DNA from: Eledone cirrhosa
Taxonomy: Eukaryota
NCBI GenBank assembly: GCA_964016885.1
Contig: OZ024765.1
Span: forward strand, 16,182,001-16,246,000
Length of the DNA: 64,000 bases
Direction of reading: 5' to 3'
The translations under genes and the position numbers were made by a program. Under the pieces are notes generated by a model that had not been told where the DNA came from, did not search any database, and saw only the letters and a list, made by a program, of their open reading frames with translations. Shown one piece after another: positions 54,143 through 64,000 of this stretch; within the stretch, counting starts at the first letter, position 1; each line of letters begins with the position of its first letter.

Positions 54143-55447
54143 CGTATTCTTGTGGTTGTGTTTTTTTTATCAGTGACAGTTGACAGTGAGTAATATACGG
54201 GCTATTTATCATACCATACATACAAATACGATTGAAGACGTATTCCTAAAGGGCCACGCTGTGAAACGGAACCCCACATCGAATCGTATTTACCAAGTAA
54301 ACATCTTAAACACATAGCTATGCCCATGACTATATTATAGTGTATTTGCTGTTATTTTATTGTTTGTATTTAAAGTTATTTCTTTCGGTTTTTGTTACTT
54401 TCCGTTTTCTCTTGTCTTCGCTTCGGCACCGACAACCCAGCTCCCAACCCGTAAAGTCACATCCTTCTCGAAATAAACCCCAAAATAATACATATGAAAG
54501 CTGCTGACATCTTTTATATATATATATTTACCTATATATTTACTTATATATATATATATATATATATTTATCTATATATTTACTTATATATATGCTTATA
54601 TATTTACTTATATATATATATGCTTATATATTTACTCATATATATACTTATATATAATTACTTATATATTTACTTATATATATATACCTATATATATACT
54701 TATATCTTTACTTATATCTTTACTTATATATATACTTATATATTTACTTATATATATACCTTAGTTTTGCGATATAGGTATATATATACCTATATATATA
54801 TATACTTATATATTTACTTATATATATACTTATATATTTACTTATATATATACATATATATATATATATACTTATATATTTACTTATATATATACTTATA
54901 TATATACCTATATATTTACTTATAGCTTTACTTATATATTTATTTATATATTTACCTGTTGTCGTTTTCTTTTCTTTTCAATTCTTGTTTGATTTTGTTT
55001 GTTTCTCTCGATTCTATTTAAATAACAATGAAGAGAGACGAAAAGCAGCGAATGACTCGTTTATTTCGAAGGTGGAGGCAAGTTTAAATATAGTGGGTCT
55101 CGTTTTACAACCAGATTATCAAAGAGGTACGTTTGAATAACTACGCACTATTGATTTTAGTAGTACATAGTTAAGAAACTCAAGTATATAAACACGACAT
55201 TAACATCTATTTTGGACGTCTTCCCACAAACGGCCATAGAAAGAAAAACATTGGTTTTTTGTTGTTTTTTCTTGTTTAGTTTCGTTGGTTGTTTTATTTT
55301 TCTTCCTTTACTCTGACCTCTCGTCGTATTTCGACCAATCTCACCAAATTTACTTATTCGCCATTTCCTCCTGTTCGCCAGTTTCATCAGAATTTTCTCT
55401 CTCTTTCTCTCCTTCCTTCTCACCTTAGACTCTCTCTCTCTCTCTCC

Positions 55448-55483
<36 letters not shown>

Positions 55484-55510
55484 TTCTTTCTCTATCTCTC
55501 TCCGATCCCT

Positions 55511-55543
<33 letters not shown>

Positions 55544-55897
55544 GATCCCTTCTCTCTCTCTCTTTCTCTCTCTCTCTCTGATCCCTTCTCTCTCTCTCTC
55601 TCTCTTTCTCTCTGATGCCTTCTCTCTCTCCCTCTTTCTACCCAGACGCTCTGTCTCTCTCTAGTGTTCTTTGATTCCATCCTTCTCAACTATTTCTCTC
55701 TCCCTATGTATGACTGTCAGTCTGTCTGTCTCTGTATGTCTGTCTGTTTCTCTATCTCTCTCTCTCCTTCTCTCTCAGTATGTCTCTCTCTCTCTCTTTC
55801 TCTGATCCGTTCCCTGTCTCCCTCTTTCTACCCCAGACTCTCTGTCTCTGTCTCTCTAGTATTCTCTGTCTCCTTCCTTCTCAACTCAGACTCTCTC

Positions 55898-55948
<51 letters not shown>

Positions 55949-55968
55949 ATCTATCTACCTATCTACCA

Positions 55969-56018
<50 letters not shown>

Positions 56019-56294
56019 TTTTACACGAGTGTATGTAAAATCCCCGGGATGTGTCTTTGTTTTGTCCCTTTTTCTTGTGCGCCCTTGTTGCTAATAAAGA
56101 AATATATCTATTTATCTATCTATCCCTCTCTTATTCTTCCTCTCCTCCCCTCCATCTTATTTTGTAATGTCTTGTCGTCAAATATATTCTCAATACCACA
56201 ATCAACTAGTTTGCATCTTTCTCTTCCGTCTCCCCCTTCTCCTCTTCCCCAGCAAAACACCCCACTCTCTTTACTTATATAAATGTATATATAA

Positions 56295-56382
<88 letters not shown>

Positions 56383-56417
56383 ATGCATATAAATATGTGC
56401 ATACGTGTATATATATA

Positions 56418-56453
<36 letters not shown>

Positions 56454-56510
56454 TGTGTATATATATATATATATATACATACCTATACATAAACATATAT
56501 ATATATATAT

Positions 56511-56542
<32 letters not shown>

Positions 56543-56543
56543 A

Positions 56544-56584
<41 letters not shown>

Positions 56585-57106
56585 TATATATGCATATCTA
56601 TATATATATATCCATGTATATATACATACATATACATATATGTATATATACATACACACATATATCTATATCTATCTATATATATATATATATATATATA
56701 TATCTATATATATATATATATACATACCTATACATATATATACATGTATATATGTGTGTATATATAGTGTGTGTATATAAACGAAATGAAGGGGAATAAT
56801 TGAATGTGGTGTGTATACAAAGAAATAGAATTAGATTGAGAGTTTGGGGAGTGAGCATCATAAAAGGGGGTCAATGAGAGAATGAGTAAACGAACATGTA
56901 AAGAGAGGGGAAGAGGGGGAGGTGGTGAGATAGGGAGAGGGTGAGAGAGAGAGAGAGAGGTGGTGAGAAAGAGAGAGGGAAGGAGAGAGGAGATAATGTT
57001 AAAGAATGGTCTGGAATAAGAATATAATTACTTTTTAAAATTATCACAAAACGTTGTATATATTATATATAAGCACACAAACACACTTATATATATATAT
57101 ACACAC

Positions 57107-57171
<65 letters not shown>

Positions 57172-57172
<1 letters not shown>

Positions 57173-57700
57173 TCTAAGACGAGTAAAATTCCCGAAATCC
57201 ATGGACGAGTCCTCTCCAGCGGTCTCTGTCCCTCATTATCGCTGCCATGTCCTGCATCTCCAACAGACCAGTGTCTGTCCTTAGGGTATCAACGTACGTT
57301 AACCTTGGTCTACCTCTGCCAGCGTGTCCATGTAGGGGCTCCCTCAGGAGCACTGAGTGCAGTGTCAACTCTGGATGTCAGTGAGCATGTCCAGCTAAAC
57401 TCAGTCTTCCTCTTCCAGTATGTCCATGTAGGGGCTCCCACACGAGCACTGAGTGCAGTGTCAACTCTGGATGTCAGTGAGCATGTCCAGCTAAACTCAG
57501 TCTTCCTCTTCCAGTGTGTCCATATAGGTGCTCCCACAGGAGCACTGAGTGCAGTGTCAACTCTGAATGTCAGTGACCATGTCCAGCTAAACTCAGTCTT
57601 CCCCTTCCAGTATGTCCATGTAGGGGCGCCCACAGGAGCACTGAGAGCAGTGTCAACTCTGGATATCGGTGAGCATGTCCACCTACAATCAGTCTCCTCT
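57172..57700 (-). mobile_element. RTE-clade LINE 3' end with 96-bp tandem amplification
   Basis: EPLHGHAGRGRPRLTYVDTLRTDTGL...MRDRDRWRGLV. About four 96-bp units at 57318-57700. Confidence 0.8.
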
Positions 57701-57791
57701 GTAGCACCGGCTCAGAGCAGGAGAGTTTAGGCGAAAAAGATATCAGAAGCTGAATTTGCCGACCACGTATTTTGGTAACAAATATACAAAT

Positions 57792-57880
<89 letters not shown>

Positions 57881-57882
<2 letters not shown>

Positions 57883-58126
57883 GATATATTAACAAATGGA
57901 AACTATATTTATAAAACCATATTTATTTCATTATACATATTTCAAGACACCAAGTTAAATTATAGTGCGCTTTCATCAGATAAAATATAATATAGATCAG
58001 TTTTATAAATACATATTGACATACCCTACATACCGTAGTTTTACTCCTATAATTTGTTGAATGCTTTATATCAGCTATAAAAATATTTGCTTGTTGTATC
58101 CCAACAATTTAAATAGAACTTCTACA
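57881..58126 (-). mobile_element. Family E arm with hammerhead (57925-57986) plus associated segment
   Basis: Near-identical to 43784-43930. Segment 58040-58126 is the reverse complement of 29263-29347. (TA)n flanks. Confidence 0.8.
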
Positions 58127-58371
58127 TATATATATATATATAATATATATATATATAAATTATAAGTTTGAAGAATATATGTATATATGGAGAGAGAGCG
58201 AGAGAGATGGGCAGACATACATATATACACAATGGCAAGTATATTCATACACATATATATATATACATGTGTGTGTGTGTGTGTGCGCGTGTATATGTGT
58301 GTGAGTACTTATCTTTTTTTCTCTCTCTCTCTTTTTACATATATATATACACATTAAAGAGCCATAAATTT

Positions 58372-58402
<31 letters not shown>

Positions 58403-58468
58403 CGGCTTCTCTTGTACTCCATTCCTCTCCAACCAACTTATTCTCTCTCTCTCTGTCTCTCTCTACAG

Positions 58469-58499
<31 letters not shown>

Positions 58500-58530
58500 T
58501 TGGAACTGTACAAATGAAGTAATAGATTGG

Positions 58531-58576
<46 letters not shown>

Positions 58577-58674
58577 TATACATATATATAAATATATTAA
58601 AGAGTAATTTAAGGAGAGGGAGTGAGAAATAGAGAGAGTTTAACCTTGTTCACTATTGCTCTTTAAGCACCTAT

Positions 58675-58745
<71 letters not shown>

Positions 58746-59067
58746 GAGTAATAAAGTGAGAGGGAGTGCGAAATACAGAGAGGTTCCATTGTTCCCTCTT
58801 AAATCAATTTCTTTTCTGTTCAATTTTAATTCTCCCTATGTCTTTCAAGCTCTCTCTCCGCCCATTATCACTCTCATAAACTTTCTTTCGCTCTCTTATT
58901 CTCATCAAATACGCCTCTCCCTCTCTAATCCCGCTCTCCTTAAACCTGCCTCTGTCTAAACCAGCTTCTGTCTAAAACCCCTCTCTCTAAAATAACCTCT
59001 CTTTAAATTAAATTCTCTCACCCTGTCGGTCTTATTTAACATACTTTTACCTTCCAACGCCAACCTT

Positions 59068-59132
<65 letters not shown>

Positions 59133-59134
59133 TC

Positions 59135-59195
<61 letters not shown>

Positions 59196-60439
59196 CCCTG
59201 TCCGTCTACCTCTCCCCCTCTCCTTCCCTGTCCGTCTATCTCTCTCCCTCTCCATCTCATTCCTTGTCCATCTCTCTCTCTCTCTTTCCCTCTCCATCTC
59301 TCTTTCCCTCTCCATCTGCCTCTCCATTTCCATCTCTCTCTCTCTCCCTCCCTGCACCACCCTAGCCTGCTTAACTTTACATATTCTACGGCGGCCGTGG
59401 CGTTCAAGAAGAAAGTCTTATAACAAGTCGACACTTCAGAGCAGGCAAACAGGCAGGATATGGCAAGCTAGAAAGACAATTGCTGGAGAACGTGTAGAGA
59501 ACCGGATATGTTAGTTTCCCGCTGACAAGGCAGACTCTTATTACTATTACTGTAAATGTTATATTTCTAAGACAAGATCTGAATAAAGTATAGAGTAATG
59601 CAAAGTAAGGCAAACTTTTGCCGAATACGAACCTTTGATCATGATTATTATAACTGTTGCTGTGTAGGCTCGGCTACCGGCTTTGCGCATGAGCTGCAAA
59701 GACGCTCCTTCATAGTGGCGCAGATAATTACATGCTATGACGTCAATATTCTCTTTTAGTTTTACTTTCACTTTTACTCTCGCTTTAGTGGTTGTAACGT
59801 GTTTATGTACCGTTACGGTAACGCTTCGTTGTTAGTTTATTATATTATTATATTAAATATAAAATGAGGAGGAAAAACACAATTGAATTTTCGATATTTC
59901 TATATTTAAATCTTGACATTTAACGACACGACAGCAAACGAATAAACAGTGTCTGGTGGGAAGGGGGAATATCAAACATTGTTTGAAATGAACAGTCCCT
60001 CTCTTTGTACTGGCGGTCAATGTTCGTGGGTTTGAAACCCATGTAAGGCTGTAGTGAGGCTAATATATTTAAGTTCGAGTCTTATCACAGGCAGGGCCGG
60101 ATTTAATAGGGTGTAAATGGTGCAATTGCCAAATCCCCTGCAGTGAGCGGCTCCAACAACGGCCGTAGCAATTTATTTGTACCCTCAGCTGGGCGTTTTA
60201 GCTTTGTAATGGTTAGAATTGTTTTTATTTAATACCTGTATGTATAACTTGATGAGTTATGTCCTTGAGCAAGACACTCTATCTCACGTTGCTCCTACCT
60301 GGAGCTGCAACCGATAAAGAGTATTAGCAATTTGGAAAGACCAATGGAAACATTGTTTCCTCGGTCCGATTTGACGAATGTCGATTGACTGTCGATGTAT
60401 AACTTTTCATTTCGAATTACTTGTGCCAAGCCACCTTTG

Positions 60440-61138
60440 CGACCGTATATGTATCAGTGAGCTGCTCAACACTACCAGACTTGGACCAATTGTCAAGTCA
60501 AGAGAACTGAAAATATACGACCATATAAAAAGATCAACTCGTGGTGTGAGTAGGTTATGCCTGGAAAGAAGTTTGGTTGGTAAGAGAAGCAGAGGCCGGC
60601 AGCCAAAAATATGGCTTGACAATGTAAACCTATGGACTGGACTTGGTCTTTGCACTTTAAACTCTACTGTTGGTGATAGAAAAGTATTATATATTCCTGG
60701 AAGGAAGGTTGGCTGGTAAGAGAAGCAGATGCTGGCATCCAAAACGATGGCTTCGTAATGTCAACCTGTGGACTGGACTTGATCTTTGCTCTTTAAACTC
60801 CGCTGTTGGTGATCGAAAGGTATTATATATTTCTGGATGAAGGTTGGCTGGTGTGAGAAGCCGATGCCGGCGGCCAAAACGATGGCTTGACAATGTCAAT
60901 TCATAGACTGGACTTGATCTTTGCTCTTTAAACCCTGCTGTTGGTGATCGAAGTTTGTGGAGAGAGATATCACATGTTGATGCGCAGTCTGCAACTGGCG
61001 GAGTTTATCGTCACAAGAGAGACATTTGATATGCAAATTTGGGGGGTTTGCTGTGAACTCTATTTTTTGTGTTTGTGTGTGTGTATTAAGGGGCCTCCAC
61101 GGTCTACGTCGAACCTTGAGCACAGGCAGTGATGATGC
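60440..61138 (+). mobile_element. RTE-clade LINE 3' remnant with triplicated segment
   Basis: IVKSRELKIYDHIKRS...LE..LVGKRSRGRQPKIWLDNV..WTGL. A ~130-bp unit recurs near 60575, 60708 and 60842. Confidence 0.8.
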
Positions 61139-61439
61139 GTAGATATTGAATCATCTATCTAGTCAAATGAAAGGTGATGTTGATATTCAGCTATTTAAGT
61201 TCGTGTCTCGACAGAAGCAGTGAAGGGTTTTAGATATTTGATTTTGTGTCTCGTCAAGAGTGGTGTTGATATTTAGCACATCTAGATTATTGACTCGCGC
61301 AGAAGCAGTGGAGGGCTTTAGATATTAGATCATGTATCTCTCCAGAGGTTTGTGGTGAGGTTAAGATATATAGAACCTAGTTCCCACAGAGACAAGGATG
61401 TGACTAACATAATTAGCGTCGCCACGCCGGGGGATCCAT

Positions 61440-61625
61440 CATCATGATCGTCATTAACATCACCATCATCATCATCATCATCATCACCATTATCACCGTC
61501 ATCATCATCATCATCATCATCATACTCATCATCAGCGTAATCATCATCATCATCATCATCATCACAATCAATTATCTTCCTCGCCATCATCATCCTAACC
61601 ATCATCTCCATCACCATCACCATTT
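61440..61625. repeat. (ATC)n tract
   Basis: Degenerate trinucleotide repeat. Confidence 0.9.
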
Positions 61626-62614
61626 TGACAATGAATGATGACACAGTAGTCACACTATAATTGCAGTCAAAGAACAGGCTTGTGTTACATAACATACACC
61701 GCCATCTTTAATTGTGTTTATTAAACGATTTCAAATCAATGAACGAACTTACAATGAAAGTAGTCCCATCTGAAAATGGCAGCTGTCAATTTAAGTAAGT
61801 TAACTAAGATATTTACCAAGGGAATTTCATTGACTGACGAAAAAACTGAACAGATACTTAAATATTTGTAAAGATTCTACTGTCGTATGTAAAATAAATA
61901 CGCCATTATGACACAACATAGCAGAAAGAATAGGATAAACTGTGAAAGGAACTTAGCATTAAGTTATATACGATAGAAAACTTTAAAGATTCTTGTAGCA
62001 AAGAAGCAATTTATCAACGTATGGCGTATTAATGAATGTACTTGCGTAATGTTAGTAATTTATAAACTGTGTGCAGTTAAAGGCAAAGAAATGTGACAGA
62101 ATACTCACTATTGAAAGCCACTGTATTAAAGTGTGTATCGTAAGCTGTGTGACCTTTTAACTGCGGAAATACAGAAATTGAGTGAGATTATTTGTTTATC
62201 ACGAAGAACATTTTGTGATCTGGTTGTATAACAGTCATGGCTGACGATGTCTGTGTATCTTAGAGACAAGGCATATTGTTAATTGTGGTTTGTTCCGTAT
62301 GTGTAAAGATTTGCGGCTTCGTGGTTAGGGTGCTGAGCTTATGAATATAATATCATGGTTTGGATTACTGGGCCGAATGGTGATTTGTCTTCTTGAGAAT
62401 AAAAAAACACATCATTCTCCCTTGCCCCAAATTCAATTCAATTATGAAATATTTCCTAGCTCAATAACAATTTATTATTTGACATCTCACGATGTCATGA
62501 AAATACCATCGACATTATAAATGAGCAGAGTCTAATAAAACAAACCGCGCCATTAAAAGGAACAAAAAGGAAGAAAACCTTTAAGATTCTATGAAAATAA
62601 TTGATCAGTATCTA

Positions 62615-62875
62615 GGCACGGGTCCAAGTGGTAAGTGTGTTGATCATTATGTCGTGGGTTCGATTCATGGGCCGTGTTGAGTGCTGTGTTCTTGAGCAAA
62701 ACATTTCATTTCACGTTGCTCCAGAATACTCAGCTGAAAAGGAGTACCAACAATAGCTGGGGGATTAACCCTGAGATGGACTTGCGTCTTGTCCAGGAGG
62801 GTGTCTTGTACTCTCAGTCGATTCCCGCCACGGAAACCGGGGTAAGTACAGGCCTGATGAGCCAGACATAGCCCT
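62615..62875 (+). mobile_element. tRNA-derived SINE of a second family (CORE/V-like body)
   Basis: AGTGGT..GGTTCGATTC boxes, then CTTGAGCAAAACATTTCATTTCACGTTGCTCCAG, then CCTGAGATGGACT..GTCCAGG. Degenerate relatives lie at ~5600-5800, 60260-60300 and 62320-62430. Confidence 0.7.
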
Positions 62876-63194
62876 GAGCTTGAGATAGACTTAGACTTTA
62901 GTATATAATAAAAACAAAACACTATTAAATGAAACAAAACAAGGAAGAAACAAAATGGAAATGAAAAGAAGAAAAAGAAAATCGATCAAGCAACAAAAGA
63001 CAATGAGAAGGCGAGGGACAGATACTACATCCCTGTCTGAATGTGATTCCTCAGCTGCAGCCTCGTGGACAAAATGGCAGGGGCGTTACCGCGGAGAGTG
63101 ACAAGATACAGCCTCTACAACAGATACCACACACGGCGGGACTCCGTCCTTGAGGGAGCTACAGTCTTGCCAACTTTATAGACGAAATCAGCAG

Positions 63195-64000
63195 TGCTGG
63201 ACCCAAGGACGCTAGAATTCTTGAGACTGGTGCAAAGAGGAAGCGGTCCATTAGGTCTCGGTACTTAACTATCTTCCTCTCCTCTGTTGTAATTTGGTGA
63301 CCAAGGATCCCAGAGCTCTCGTTCGGAAACCAGTACAGATAGGAAGTAGTCGATCAGACACCTGAACCTGACAATTGTCCTATCTTCTGTAGTAATGTGG
63401 GTACAAAGAAGACCCGAGGGCTCGAGCAAGACGGGCATAAGGAGGAAGCGGTCAAAAAGGCCCCAGAACTTGATAATCTTCCTCTCATCTGTGATAATGT
63501 GGGTAGATCAGAGCAAAGAGAAAGCGGTCGATCAGACCCCTGTATTTCATTATCTTCCTCTCCTTTGTGATAATCTGAGGACCAAGGACTCTAGAGGTCT
63601 CAATGGAGATCGGAGCAAAGGGGAATATGGTGAGCAGGCTCCTGTATTTCATTATCTTCATCTCCACTGTAGTAATGTGGGCACCAAGGACGACAGAGGT
63701 CTCGTTCGGAGACCAGTACAAAAAGGAAGCCATCGAAAAGACCCCTGAACTTGACACTCTTCCTCTCATCTGTTGTAATGTGGGGACCAAGCACGCCAGA
63801 GGTCTCGAGCAAGACCGGTACAAGGAGGAAGTGGCCGAGAGGGCCCTTGAACATGACAAACTTCCTCTCCACTGTGGTAATGTGTGGACCAAGGAAGCCA
63901 GAGGTCTCGTGGTAGACCGGAGCATAGAGAAAGCTGTCGATCCGGTTCCTGTAATTCATTATCTTCCTCCCCTCTGTGATAACGTGGGAACCAAGAACTT
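63195..64000. repeat. Diverged ~90-100-bp tandem repeat running off the window
   Basis: CTTCCTCTC..CTGT.GTAATGTGGG.ACCAAGGA.GCCAGAGGTCTCG recurs about 8 times. Confidence 0.85.

Noticed and set aside
54230-54290. TTGAAGA...GAAACGG as a hammerhead
   Set aside because: The core is mutated, with no NUH triplet or stem I in register.
55028-55135. Possible exon ending AGAG|GTACGT
   Set aside because: No acceptor is nearby and the local ATG frame stops early.
60092-60130. CAGGGCCGGATTTA hAT-like terminus
   Set aside because: A single short end with no partner or TSD.
62850-62885. CTGATGAGCC as a hammerhead core
   Set aside because: No GAAA or stem III follows; it is the 3' end of the second SINE family.

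Overview
Eukaryotic, very AT-rich, repeat-dominated genomic DNA. It most resembles an octopod cephalopod, an inference from the tRNA-derived MetaSINE-type family and the huge (TA)n/(TCTA)n/(TAG)n tracts. No complete protein-coding gene is visible. Almost all listed ORFs are microsatellite artefacts, and only one plausible short host exon (15815-15906, +) was found. The window holds roughly 30 SINE copies or fragments, often in head-to-tail clusters. It also holds decayed LINE 3' ends (R4/Dong-like, RTE, CRE-like, and Tx1-like fragments sitting in (TCTA)n), a Penelope-like (PLE) GIY-YIG endonuclease remnant, and several satellites, including a 129-bp SINE-related array that gives a spurious 1272-aa ORF. 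The most striking signal is a set of short islands embedded in (TA)n. About ten sequence-unrelated families carry type I hammerhead ribozyme (HHR) motifs: stem I-CTGANGA-stem II-GAAA-stem III-NTH-stem I'. About a dozen of these islands are fold-back palindromes that all share one polarity: antisense HHR arm first, sense HHR arm second, 3' ends pointing outward into the (TA)n. All folding was done by eye; ribozyme activity is untested.
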